NCBI GenBank assembly: GCA_903952885.1
Contig: CAJBHE010000189.1
Span: forward strand, 1-42,825
Direction of reading: 5' to 3'
DNA from: an uncultured Burkholderiales bacterium
Lineage (GTDB): Bacteria > Pseudomonadota > Gammaproteobacteria > Burkholderiales > Burkholderiaceae_C
Length of the DNA: 42,825 nucleotides
A program made the position numbers and the translations under genes. The notes below the pieces were generated by a model. It was given only the letters and a program-made list of their open reading frames with translations, had not been told where the DNA came from and did not search any database. Below, one piece after another: positions 9,091-18,452 of the stretch (positions are counted from its first letter, which is position 1; every line of letters begins with the position of its first letter).

Positions 9091-9822
9091 ATGACTTACT
9101 GTGTTGGAATGGTGCTCGATGAAGGACTGGTTTTCGCCTCGGACTCGCGTACCAACGCGGGAGTTGACCATGTGTCCACGTTTTGCAAAATGACGGTTAT
9201 CGAAACGCCGGGCCAAGGCGTCATAGTCATGCTCAACAGCGGCAACCTAGCGACTACGCAGCAAGTGGTCAGCCGCATCAAGCAGCATGCATTGGACGCT
9301 GAAAAACCATTGACTGCGCACGCGTCCATGTTCGCTGTAGCTGAACTGGTAGGGCGTGAATTGCGCAAAACTATTCACATCACCAAGAACGAAGCCCCGG
9401 AACAAAGCGACGTGGATTTCACGGCTACGTTTCTGGTCGGGGGCCAAGTTAATGGCGAGGCACCGCGTTTGTTCATGGTGTATCCGCAAGGTAATTTCAT
9501 TGAGTCCACAGTGGACACACCGTTTTTCCAAATCGGCGAGAGCAAATACGGTAAACCTATTTTGGACCGCGTGATTCAACCCGGTATTAGCATGTCGCAG
9601 GCCATTAAATGCGCCTTGGTGTCGTTTGACTCAACTATCAAAAGCAATTTGTCGGTAGGTCTGCCTATTGATGTCGCCATCATCAAAACTAATGATTTGC
9701 AAGTAACCAAACGGCACCGTATCGACTCCGAGGACACCTACTTCAGAGATTTACGGAGCAGTTGGAGTCAAGGTCTGCGTCAGGTGTTTGGGCAATTACC
9801 CGATCCGCATTGGCTGAAGTAA
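9091..9822 (+). CDS. Anbu proteasome-type (Ntn-hydrolase) peptidase
   Basis: N-terminal (M)TYCVG with Thr1, SDSRTNAGVD, GNLATTQ, YPQGNFIE and QIGESKYGKPILDR motifs; canonical four-gene context. Confidence 0.92.
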   Translation: MTYCVGMVLDEGLVFASDSRTNAGVDHVSTFCKMTVIETPGQGVIVMLNSGNLATTQQVVSRIKQHALDAEKPLTAHASMFAVAELVGRELRKTIHITKNEAPEQSDVDFTATFLVGGQVNGEAPRLFMVYPQGNFIESTVDTPFFQIGESKYGKPILDRVIQPGISMSQAIKCALVSFDSTIKSNLSVGLPIDVAIIKTNDLQVTKRHRIDSEDTYFRDLRSSWSQGLRQVFGQLPDPHWLK

Positions 9823-9943
9823 GCCGCACGCCTTGCTCGATTCCTTGGTCGACCGTGTAATATGCGTGCGATAACTCGATGAAATTCGAGGGCCAAAAGT
9901 CACCCAGAAGCCCTCAGCGCAACAATTAGTTGCGTCACGAAGG

Positions 9944-9973
9944 AAAAAGCACCGCGCAAGGCGATGCTTTTTT
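9944..9973. terminator. Bidirectional intrinsic terminator
   Basis: AAAAAGCAcCGC-GCAAG-GCGaTGCTTTTTT between the convergent Anbu gene and the tRNA. Confidence 0.7.
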
Positions 9974-9976
9974 AGG

Positions 9977-10052
9977 TGGCTCCTCGACCTGGGCTCGAAC
10001 CAGGGACCTACGGATTAACAGTCCGGTGCTCTACCAACTGAGCTATCGAGGA
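9977..10052 (-). tRNA. tRNA-Asn(GTT)
   Basis: TCCTCGATAGCTCAGTTGGTAGAGCACCGGACT-GTT-AATCCG...GGTTCGAGCCCAGGTCGAGGAGCCA, 76 nt with encoded CCA; TATAAT upstream. Confidence 0.98.
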
Positions 10053-10086
10053 ATGCAAAAATTATAGCGCATTATTTATGCGTTTC

Positions 10087-12279
10087 TCAGAGGTGAAACA
10101 CAACAGTGGCGCGCAGCGTTCGGGGTGCGCCTGCGTAGAGGAAATATTGGCCGTAGGCCTTGGGCGATTCGCGCCAATAGTGCTTATTGCCCACGTTGTT
10201 GATGGCTATTGTCCATCTCGAAGGTACATTGTTCACTTGGGTATCGTAGTGTGTACTTGCGTCAAGAGTGGTCCAACCCGGTAGTGTGATGTTGCCTGTT
10301 TCAGTGACATTGCGCGAGCCTTCACGAGACAAACGTAGGCCTGATCTCAAACCCACAACGCTCGCGTAGCGATATTCGACCATGCCTCGCAAGATGTAAT
10401 CAGGCACATTGATGGGGCGTTGCCCATTGAGGCCCGCTTCAACGGTTGCATTTTCCCGCTTGGCGTTTAGCCACATAGCACTACCTCCAAAGTCCCACTG
10501 CGTGAGGCTTGTTTGTGCGCTGAGCTCTAGGCCTTGGTGGTGGGCTCGTCCATCTATTTGCCGTGTGCACGAACCTGTTGCGCTGGTGCAAGCTAAGCCA
10601 TCCGTGACGGCTGGCCTTGTGATGTCAAACCAAGCTGCCTGAAAGCTGGTGCGTTTGACTTGGCTTTTGAGGCCCACTTCGCGTTGTGTGCTGCGCAGTG
10701 CGGGCAGTGGCTGCCCCCGGTTGGTGTAGTTGCTTTGATTGGGCGTGACTTGTGCTTCAAGGCCTTGGCCGTAGCTGGCATATACGCTGTGGTGCTCTGA
10801 CAGTTGTTGGCTCAGAGCTACCCAAGGGGTGCTGACGCCTCGTGCGTCCTTCACTTCGTTTTGGCCATCGGTTTGCAAGCTTTGGCGGTTGAGCTGGGTG
10901 TGTCTCAGGCCAAGCCAGAGGGCTGTGCGCTGTGCCAATTGCACACGATCGTTCAGGCTGACTTCAGTGCTGTAGTCGGTGTTGTTGGTGCTGGGCCAGT
11001 ATTGCGTAGCGCCCGCTATGCCGGTTAGTCCACCGTTAGTGGCGTTGGTGCTGCCTAATAAGGTTTCAGAGGTGGTGTTGGGCATGCGGGTGTTGTGGCG
11101 TTGCCGCATCAAGCCCAATTTGAAGCTGTGTTCAAAGCCACCTACCATAAGTTGGCCACGCAGGTCTGTTTGTAAGGCATCGGTGTGGCGATGTTCGTTT
11201 TCGCTGCGGTAGTCGTAGATTTGAAAATCACCTTTGGGAGAAAGGCAAAAGCTATCCAGTTGAGGGTTTGGCTGAGCGTTGCTGCATCCAGATGCGTAGG
11301 TCAGCCTGTCATCGGCCCGCAGACGTTGCACGCCATATTGCGTGCTCCAAAACCAGCCATTGTCAAGTTGTTGCTTGAGGCGCAGGCTGCCTGTGAGCCC
11401 ATCAAAAATACCTGGTTGTGAGCCAGGTTGGCGAGTGACGTTACGCGTGCCATCAACTGTTTCTGGCAATGTGAGTATGCGGTTGAGATTCTTAGGCCCA
11501 TCAGAAGCAAGCAAGCTGTGAAAGTTCACCCCAATTTGTTCGTGATGGCTTTGCTCAAATTCCCACTCAAGGCGGTTGTTGCTGTTGATGCGCCAGTCCA
11601 TGGCCAAGGCCACCAAACTGCGTTCACCCTTGGTGTTGCGAATGTAGGGGTCGAGGTCTTCGTGGGCCACGTTGAAGCGGTAGCCAAAATCAGCTCCCTC
11701 GCCAAAGCGCCCACCCAGGTCAGCAGCAACGAGTCGGTTATTGCCAGGGCCATCGCTCAGCGTGACATCGCGAATGGTTTTTTCTGAGGTACTTGGTGCA
11801 CGTTTGACCGCATAGTTGACCAATCCGCCGGGGGCACTTGTGCCCGATTGAATGCCGCTGGTGCCTTTGAGCAACTCGATGCGCTCTTTGTTGTCCATCG
11901 CAATGATCGTCTCTGCCGAAATGGGCAGCCCCTCGCGGCTGTAGTTGTAGCGGTTGTCCAGAGTAAAGCCGCGCACACTGAGCTTGTCCCAATAGGCGGG
12001 AAGGTTGTAGCTGTCGCTGACGGACGCATCTAAGCGAAGTGCGTCGGTGATGCGTTGCGCGCCGATGTCGCGCAAGGTGGCACTGTCAAAGGCGCTGACA
12101 CTGATGGGGAGCTTTGGCAAAGGGACCCCCTCAAAACCAGACACTCGAACGGATGGTTCGGCGGTGACGGTGATTTCAACGGCGCTGTTTTGGGCCCAAG
12201 CGGAAGAGGTGGTGGCAATACAAAGTGCCACAGCACTTTGTATATGTGACATTCTCCAAAACTTAGCCTTCCAATTCAT
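10087..12279 (-). CDS. TonB-dependent receptor, probably thiamine/vitamer-related (paralogue 2)
   Basis: Signal peptide, ITVTA TonB box, plug motif ERIELLKGTSG...PGGLVNY, C-terminal GAPRTL; second gene downstream of the TPP riboswitch. Confidence 0.88.
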   Translation of the reverse strand: MNWKAKFWRMSHIQSAVALCIATTSSAWAQNSAVEITVTAEPSVRVSGFEGVPLPKLPISVSAFDSATLRDIGAQRITDALRLDASVSDSYNLPAYWDKLSVRGFTLDNRYNYSREGLPISAETIIAMDNKERIELLKGTSGIQSGTSAPGGLVNYAVKRAPSTSEKTIRDVTLSDGPGNNRLVAADLGGRFGEGADFGYRFNVAHEDLDPYIRNTKGERSLVALAMDWRINSNNRLEWEFEQSHHEQIGVNFHSLLASDGPKNLNRILTLPETVDGTRNVTRQPGSQPGIFDGLTGSLRLKQQLDNGWFWSTQYGVQRLRADDRLTYASGCSNAQPNPQLDSFCLSPKGDFQIYDYRSENEHRHTDALQTDLRGQLMVGGFEHSFKLGLMRQRHNTRMPNTTSETLLGSTNATNGGLTGIAGATQYWPSTNNTDYSTEVSLNDRVQLAQRTALWLGLRHTQLNRQSLQTDGQNEVKDARGVSTPWVALSQQLSEHHSVYASYGQGLEAQVTPNQSNYTNRGQPLPALRSTQREVGLKSQVKRTSFQAAWFDITRPAVTDGLACTSATGSCTRQIDGRAHHQGLELSAQTSLTQWDFGGSAMWLNAKRENATVEAGLNGQRPINVPDYILRGMVEYRYASVVGLRSGLRLSREGSRNVTETGNITLPGWTTLDASTHYDTQVNNVPSRWTIAINNVGNKHYWRESPKAYGQYFLYAGAPRTLRATVVFHL

Positions 12280-12300
12280 GCCTCTAACTTTACTTGAAGT

Positions 12301-14484
12301 TCAGAGGCGAAATTGGACACTCGCTCTCAAAGTGCGAGGGGCTCCAGGGTAGAGGTAGTAGTGACCGAATTGCTTGGGTGATTCGCGCCAATAGCGCTTG
12401 TCTTCTAGGTTGTCGATAGCCAGTGTCCAAGTTGACGCCATGTTGTTCACTTTGGTGTCGTAGTGCGTCGACGCGTCCATTGTTGTCCAGCTTGGCAGCA
12501 TGACGCTGCCATCTTCCGTGACGTTGCGTTGACCTTCATGCGACACACGCAGGCCGGTTCGCAAACCAGGCACGCTGGCGTATCGGTACTCGGCCATGCC
12601 GCGCAAAACGAATTTGGGAACGTTGAGCGGTGTCGAGCCTACAGTGCTAGGACTTTGTTGAACATCTGTGAGTTTGGCATGAAGCCATTGCGTTTGAGTG
12701 CTTAATTTCCAAGCGTTCTTATGCCAAGCAGCACCCAGGTCTAAGCCTTGATGGGTTTGTGTTCCGTCGATATAGCGGGTGCTGTAGTTAGGCCCATCAA
12801 ACAGATCATGTGCGTAGGGTCGTGATATTTGAAATACGGCAGCATTCCATTCAAGGGCCGTGGTTGTCGGCAGACTGCGTAAGCCCACTTCAGTTTGTCG
12901 ACTTCTGCCTATGCCCAGTTGGGTGCCTGCATTCGGACCATAGGAGGCCGTGTTGGGTGTCACAAATTGCTCAACCCCGTGACCATGAGATGCATAGGAC
13001 ATCACGCCCATCATGCGAGTGGAGATACCAAGCCAAGGCACATTGATGCTGCCATTGAATTGTTTGGCATTTGGATACAAGTCCGGATAAGGGTAGAGCA
13101 CCGTTTGGTCCGTGTGCTCGTTTTGCACACTGCTTCGGTTGTATGACACGTTTCGCAGACCGGCCCAGAGTGACGTGATATCAGAGATTTGAATTCGATC
13201 CTTGATGCTCAATTCTGTGCTGTATTCACTGCGATTTGTGTTGGGTGTCACGTAGCTGGGACTGGCTGAGCTATTGAAAGGCGCGAAGACGGAGCCAGGT
13301 GTGCTGTTGTAGTTGTATGACTGCATAGGCGGCATGCGGTCAAGTTGGCGCTGACGTGAAAAGCCCAACGCGAACTCATGCTGCAAATCAGCGAGCTTTA
13401 GCTTGCCAGCGATTTCTGTTTGAAAAGCGTCAGTCATACGTTTTTCGTTTTCACTCCGAAAGTCATATAAGTCAAAACTGCCATCTGCGCAATATTGGGT
13501 GTAATCACTGATGCCACCGCACCCAAAACCGTAAGTCAACCGATCATCGGTCTTGAGTCGCTGAGCGCCAAGCTGTGTCGTCCAACGCCACCCCGCATCA
13601 AGCTCTTGGCGCACACGCACAGATCCCGTCATCGCATCAAACACGCCGGGTAAGCTCCAAGGCTGGCGCGTCAGGTTCACACGTGGGTCAACGGGTTTAG
13701 GCATGACACCGCCCAGCAGGCTATAACCGTTGATGCCAATTTGTTCACGATGTGACTGCTCAAATTCAAAGTCGATTACAGTGCCAGGCTTCAAGCGCCA
13801 GTCCATTGCCAAGGCCACCAAGTCGCGATGGCCTTGGGTGTTACGAATGTAAGGGTTCAGGTCTTCATGAGCCACGTTGAAACGGTAGCCAAATTCAGCC
13901 ACTTCTCCAAATCGACCGCCCAAGTCTGCTGCGGCAGCGCGGTTGTGACCTTGGCCATAGCTGAATGTGACGTTGCGAATTTGTTGTTCGGCATTGGTGG
14001 GAGCGCGTTTAACCAAATAGTTGACCAAACCACCAGGAGAGCTGGTGCCTGCCTGTATGCCACTGGTACCTTTGAGTAATTCAACTCGCTCTTTGTTGTC
14101 CAGTGGAATCATGGTTTCTGCACTGATGGGCAGTCCTTCACGGCGGTAGTTGTAGCGATTGTCAAGTGTGAATCCACGCACGCTCAAGATGTCCCAATAG
14201 GCGGGCGAGTTGTAGCTGTCACTCACTGAGGCATCTAAGCGCAAAGCGTCAGACACACGTTGAGCCCCGATATCTTGCAGGGTGGCGCTGGTGATGGTGG
14301 TGGTGGAGAAAGGAAGCTCTTGCGCAGGTACATCAACAAAGCCAGACACGCGTGCAGGTAGCTTATCGGTGATGGTGATTTCGTTTGGGTTTTGTTGCGC
14401 CCAAGTGGATGCGCTACAAGCGATGCACAGAGCAACGAATAAGCGCTTGCGTGTTGCCTTAAAAAATGGCGAATGGTTTGCCAT
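12301..14484 (-). CDS. TonB-dependent receptor, probably thiamine/vitamer-related (paralogue 1)
   Basis: Same plug and barrel motifs (DALRLDASVSDSYN, ERVELLKGTSG, YWRESPK..GAPRTL); directly downstream of the TPP riboswitch. Confidence 0.88.
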   Translation of the reverse strand: MANHSPFFKATRKRLFVALCIACSASTWAQQNPNEITITDKLPARVSGFVDVPAQELPFSTTTITSATLQDIGAQRVSDALRLDASVSDSYNSPAYWDILSVRGFTLDNRYNYRREGLPISAETMIPLDNKERVELLKGTSGIQAGTSSPGGLVNYLVKRAPTNAEQQIRNVTFSYGQGHNRAAAADLGGRFGEVAEFGYRFNVAHEDLNPYIRNTQGHRDLVALAMDWRLKPGTVIDFEFEQSHREQIGINGYSLLGGVMPKPVDPRVNLTRQPWSLPGVFDAMTGSVRVRQELDAGWRWTTQLGAQRLKTDDRLTYGFGCGGISDYTQYCADGSFDLYDFRSENEKRMTDAFQTEIAGKLKLADLQHEFALGFSRQRQLDRMPPMQSYNYNSTPGSVFAPFNSSASPSYVTPNTNRSEYSTELSIKDRIQISDITSLWAGLRNVSYNRSSVQNEHTDQTVLYPYPDLYPNAKQFNGSINVPWLGISTRMMGVMSYASHGHGVEQFVTPNTASYGPNAGTQLGIGRSRQTEVGLRSLPTTTALEWNAAVFQISRPYAHDLFDGPNYSTRYIDGTQTHQGLDLGAAWHKNAWKLSTQTQWLHAKLTDVQQSPSTVGSTPLNVPKFVLRGMAEYRYASVPGLRTGLRVSHEGQRNVTEDGSVMLPSWTTMDASTHYDTKVNNMASTWTLAIDNLEDKRYWRESPKQFGHYYLYPGAPRTLRASVQFRL

Positions 14485-14570
14485 GACGTTTCCTTAAACG
14501 TGATGACAGGTCGGCTGACTTTGAAACGAGTGAACGCTCTTGTGAGTAAAGAGCCTCGTAATAAGACCAA

Positions 14571-14691
14571 GCTTCCCTGCGCGAGGATTACCTCAAGTCC
14601 TTGCGGACTTAGAGACCGGCTTTGGGCAGGTCTCAACAGGTTCAAAGGGACTTTCTCAGTCGAAGTCGGTGACGGCTTCAACACCCCTAGC
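14571..14691 (-). ncRNA. TPP riboswitch (variant with insertion)
   Basis: GCTAGGGGTG...CTGAGAAAGTCCCTTTGAACCTG...GAGGTAATCCTCGCGCAGGGAAGC; conserved CTGAGA, GAACCTG, TAAT and GCG.AGGGAA elements. Confidence 0.92.
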
Positions 14692-14721
14692 GAATGCACT
14701 ATTGCTAGCGCGACGTGTATT

Positions 14722-15777
14722 TTAAACGAGCCCGAGGAGGCGATGAAGCTCGGTCGACGTGGTCGTGTATTGCAGCAGGGTTTTTCGTGTGGGGTGCACG
14801 ATGGCGGCAGCGCCAAAAGCGGCGAGGGTGGCTTCGTGAAAGCCGCACAAGATGAGTTTTTTCTTGCCGGGGTAAGTGTTGATGTCGCCCACGGCAAAGA
14901 TGCCCGGCACATCTGTGGCAAAGCTTTCGGTGTTGACCACCAGCTGCTTGCGCTCTATCGCCAAGCCCCAGTGGGCGATGGGGCCGAGTTTGGGTGAGAG
15001 GCCTAAGAATGCCAACACTTGCTGGGCTGGACGCTCAATGGTTTGTCCATCGGGCGTGGCCACTTGTAAGGCGTGCAACTGATGTGCTGTGCTCAACAAG
15101 GCGGTGGGCTGGCCAATTTGCAGTTGCAGCTTGCCGCTGGCCACGCTATCGCGCATGGTTTGCAGCAGCAGCGGCTCTGCGTTGAACACATCGCGGCGGT
15201 GCATCAGCGTGACACTTTTTGGGGCTTGAACTTCGAGCGTCAGCGTCAACGCAGCAGCCACGGCGGATTCTTCGCCGCCCATCACCACCACGTCTTGGCC
15301 TGCAAAGCGGGATGCATCAGTCAAGCGGTAATGCACGTGTGTGCCTTCGAGTTCTGCTGCACCTTCTACGCTCAGCTTGCGCGCTTGGAAGGCGCCTACG
15401 CCTGCAGCGATGACCAATACCTTGCAGACAAAGTGCAGACCAGCAGATGTGCGAACGGAGATAAGGCCGTCGTCAAAGCGTTCTACCTCGGTCACTTCTT
15501 GGTTGAGGTGAAACGTCGGTGCAAAAGGTTTAATTTGGTTTTGCAGCTGCGCCACCAATTCACGGCCCGTGCACACTGGGATGCCGGGAATGTCGTAAAT
15601 GGGTTTGTCGGCGTAGAGCTCAACACACTGGCCGCCCACATGGGGCAGTGCGTCGATGATGTGGCTGCGGATGTCTTGCAGGCCAAGCTGGAAAGCCTGA
15701 AACAGGCCCACAGGGCCTGCGCCCACAATGACGGCGTCGGTGTGAATCGTGTTTGCCATCACCGGATGTGCCGTCAT
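14722..15777 (-). CDS. Ferredoxin-NADP+ reductase, TrxB-type
   Basis: IVGAGPVGLF, GGQC.ELY.DKPIYDIPG and GDINTYPGKKKLILCGFHEA motifs. Start trimmed to ATG 15777 (alternative 15759) to avoid overlap with the ferredoxin. Confidence 0.88.
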   Translation of the reverse strand: MTAHPVMANTIHTDAVIVGAGPVGLFQAFQLGLQDIRSHIIDALPHVGGQCVELYADKPIYDIPGIPVCTGRELVAQLQNQIKPFAPTFHLNQEVTEVERFDDGLISVRTSAGLHFVCKVLVIAAGVGAFQARKLSVEGAAELEGTHVHYRLTDASRFAGQDVVVMGGEESAVAAALTLTLEVQAPKSVTLMHRRDVFNAEPLLLQTMRDSVASGKLQLQIGQPTALLSTAHQLHALQVATPDGQTIERPAQQVLAFLGLSPKLGPIAHWGLAIERKQLVVNTESFATDVPGIFAVGDINTYPGKKKLILCGFHEATLAAFGAAAIVHPTRKTLLQYTTTSTELHRLLGLV

Positions 15778-15796
15778 GGGGCTGCGCGCGTTGTGC

Positions 15797-16123
15797 TTAG
15801 CGCTTGAGTTCGGCGAGTTTGCCGGTTTTGTCTTTCCATGCATCCGCATCCGCCATCGGCGTTTTGCGTTTGGTGATGCTGGGCCAGCCAATGAGTGACA
15901 GCTCAGCGTTGAGTTTGGTCATGTGCTCTTGGCCTTCTGGCACGTCTTCTTCGGCGTAGATGGCGTTCACAGGGCACTCGGGGATACACACCGCGCAGTC
16001 GATGCACTCGTCTGGATCGATGGTGAGGAAGTTGGGGCCTTCGCGGAAGCAGTCGACGGGACAAACGTCCACACAGTCGGTGTACTTACATTGGATACAG
16101 GCTTCGGTGACTACGTGGGTCAT
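15797..16123 (-). CDS. fdxA: 7Fe ferredoxin (FdxA/ferredoxin I)
   Basis: [26 protein letters not shown]...[12 protein letters not shown]. Confidence 0.95.
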   Translation of the reverse strand: MTHVVTEACIQCKYTDCVDVCPVDCFREGPNFLTIDPDECIDCAVCIPECPVNAIYAEEDVPEGQEHMTKLNAELSLIGWPSITKRKTPMADADAWKDKTGKLAELKR

Positions 16124-16218
16124 GTCTATTCAATCAATGAGAAAAGGGAGCCCCAGCCGTTGGCGCTGGTTGCGAAGTGTTGATTTTAAACGGCTTGGCT
16201 TGTGGGCTGGGCGGTTGC

Positions 16219-17481
16219 TCAGTTCACCAACACGGCTCCCGAGGTTTTGTGGGTGGCGGTGTCCACCAACACCAGCGCGCCCAAGATGCGCGATTGCTTG
16301 AAGGGCAGTGTCACTAAAGGCTCTTGCAAGGCCAAAGTCACGTGGCCAATGGCGTTGGGGGCGAGCTCTGTGGCTTCTTCCTTGACCAATGTGTTGACGT
16401 TCAGGCGGTGCACCACGCGTTGCACTTTGGCTTTGACCCAGCGGTGGCCATGCAGAGCCCAGTAAACACGGCCGGCTAGCAAGGGCTCATCGTCCATCCA
16501 CGCAATGGTGGTGTTGAGTTGGCGTTGACTTTCAGGGCTTCCTTCAGCAGCCAGTAACCAGTCACCGCGCGACACGTCCACTTCACGGTCCAGCACGATG
16601 CCTGCGCTGTGGCCTGCTGCTTTGTTTTGTGGCTCGCGTGTGGCTGACAGCACTTGAGACACCACAGCGGTATGGCCGCTTGGGAAGACCTTGATGGTTT
16701 GGCCAGGCTCAATCGTGCCCGTGGCCACACGGCCCCAGAACACACGGCGGCCTTGGGTGGTGACGCCTGAATCGTGGAATTTTTCCACCCATTGGACGGG
16801 GAAGCTGAAGGTCACTTCAGTTTCGGCAGGCGTGTTGGGCAACTCTTCCAAGATGCTTAGCAGGCTAGGGCCTGTGTAGCCGCACCAAGCGGCTTGGTCG
16901 GCGTTGGTGGTATCCACCACGTTCCAGCCTTTGAGGGCGGACACGGGGACCATGGCGCTGATGGTGATGCCAGCTTCTTTGGCGAACTTGCGCAAAGCGG
17001 CTTCGATGTTTTTGTAGGCCAGTGCGGGGTCTTCCACAGCGTCGAGTTTGTTGATGGCAAACACGACTGTGGGCACTCGCAGCAGATTGACCAGCAAGGA
17101 GTGGCGGCGGGTTTGAGGCAGCAACTCAAGTGCTGGGTTTTTCCAGTCCAGCTTGATGGCATCCACCAACACCACGGCAGCGTCAGCGCTAGAAGCGGCG
17201 GTCACCATGTTGCGTGTGTATTGCTCGTGACCGGGCGCGTCACCAATGATGAATTTGCGTGCTTCGGTGTTGAAGTAGCGGTAAGCCACGTCAATCGTGA
17301 TGCCTTGCTCGCGTTCGGCAGACAGGCCATCGGTCAACAAAGCGAGGTCTGTTTCGCCCGAACGTTGCACGCCAGCCAAGTGGTCTTGCAACACGGCCTT
17401 GGTGTCGACCAACAAGCGACCGATCAAGGTGCTTTTGCCGTCGTCCACCGATCCGCAAGTGATGAATTTGAGTGCGTTCAT
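16219..17481 (-). CDS. cysN: Sulfate adenylyltransferase subunit 1 (no CysC domain)
   Basis: CGSVDDGKSTLIGRLL, EREQGITIDVAYRYF, DAPGHEQYTRNM and NKLD GTPase motifs. Confidence 0.95.
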   Translation of the reverse strand: MNALKFITCGSVDDGKSTLIGRLLVDTKAVLQDHLAGVQRSGETDLALLTDGLSAEREQGITIDVAYRYFNTEARKFIIGDAPGHEQYTRNMVTAASSADAAVVLVDAIKLDWKNPALELLPQTRRHSLLVNLLRVPTVVFAINKLDAVEDPALAYKNIEAALRKFAKEAGITISAMVPVSALKGWNVVDTTNADQAAWCGYTGPSLLSILEELPNTPAETEVTFSFPVQWVEKFHDSGVTTQGRRVFWGRVATGTIEPGQTIKVFPSGHTAVVSQVLSATREPQNKAAGHSAGIVLDREVDVSRGDWLLAAEGSPESQRQLNTTIAWMDDEPLLAGRVYWALHGHRWVKAKVQRVVHRLNVNTLVKEEATELAPNAIGHVTLALQEPLVTLPFKQSRILGALVLVDTATHKTSGAVLVN

Positions 17482-18431
17482 TAGAAATACCCGTCTTTTT
17501 TTCGCTTCTCCATCGAAGCCTCAGATGTTTTGTCGTCCATGCGTGTGGCACCGCGCTCGCTCACGTCGGCAGCCAAGGTCTCGATAACGATTTGCTCGGG
17601 TGTGGCCGCGGTGCTCTCTACAGGACAGGTGCAGGTGATGTCGCCCACGGTGCGGAAACGGACGTCACGCACCACCACTTCTTCGCCGTCTTTGGGTAGG
17701 GTGAGTTCGGTCACAGGTACCAACAGGCCTCGGCGGTCCACCACCTCGCGCTTGTGCGTGTAGTAAATCGAAGGCAGCGCGATTTTTTCGCGAGCGATGT
17801 ATTGCCACACGTCGAGCTCCGTCCAGTTGGAGATAGGGAATACGCGGAAGTGCTCACCTGGCTGCAACTTGTGGTTGAAAAGGGTCCACAACTCGGGGCG
17901 TTGAGCCTTGGGTTGCCATTGGCCAAAGCTGTCGCGGTGGCTGAAGATGCGCTCTTTGGCGCGAGCTTTTTCTTCGTCACGGCGTGCGCCACCGATGAGG
18001 GCGTCAAAACGGAACTCTTCGATGGCTTCAAGCAAGGTCACTGATTGGTGCACGTTGCGGCTTTCACCAGGATGAGCCAAGCGCACCGTGCCTTTTTTCA
18101 TCGAGTCTTCCACGCTGCGCACGATCAACTCAGCACCCAGTTCCTTCGCGCGTGTGTCGCGGAAGTCCGTCACTTCTTTGAAATTGTGGCCCGTGTCGAT
18201 CATCAACAAGGGGTAGGGAATGCGGCCGCTACCTGAGGGGCTGGTTTTGCCACCAAAGGCTTTCTCAGCGCACTTGAGCATCACCAGCGAATCCTTGCCG
18301 CCCGAGAAAAGCAGGGTGGGGCGCTCAAAGGCAGCGGCAACTTCGCGCAAGATGAAGATGGTTTCTTCTTCCAGCGCATCGAGGTGGGTATTGCTTAAGC
18401 TGTGCAACTCGGTTTGTGCGGTGGCGTTCAT
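17481..18431 (-). CDS. cysD: Sulfate adenylyltransferase subunit 2
   Basis: FSGGKDS, GGARRDEEKARAKER and MEKRKKDGYF motifs. Confidence 0.96.
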   Translation of the reverse strand: MNATAQTELHSLSNTHLDALEEETIFILREVAAAFERPTLLFSGGKDSLVMLKCAEKAFGGKTSPSGSGRIPYPLLMIDTGHNFKEVTDFRDTRAKELGAELIVRSVEDSMKKGTVRLAHPGESRNVHQSVTLLEAIEEFRFDALIGGARRDEEKARAKERIFSHRDSFGQWQPKAQRPELWTLFNHKLQPGEHFRVFPISNWTELDVWQYIAREKIALPSIYYTHKREVVDRRGLLVPVTELTLPKDGEEVVVRDVRFRTVGDITCTCPVESTAATPEQIVIETLAADVSERGATRMDDKTSEASMEKRKKDGYF

Positions 18432-18452
18432 AGGGTTCTCGGTTTCTATTTT

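Noticed and set aside
9977-10052. tRNA-anchored integrative element
   Set aside because: No integrase and no duplicated tRNA 3' end were found in the window
14235-14997. ORFs 14235..14921 (-) and 14473..14997 (+) spanning the riboswitch
   Set aside because: They overlap the FNR and receptor genes and the riboswitch, with no recognisable domain
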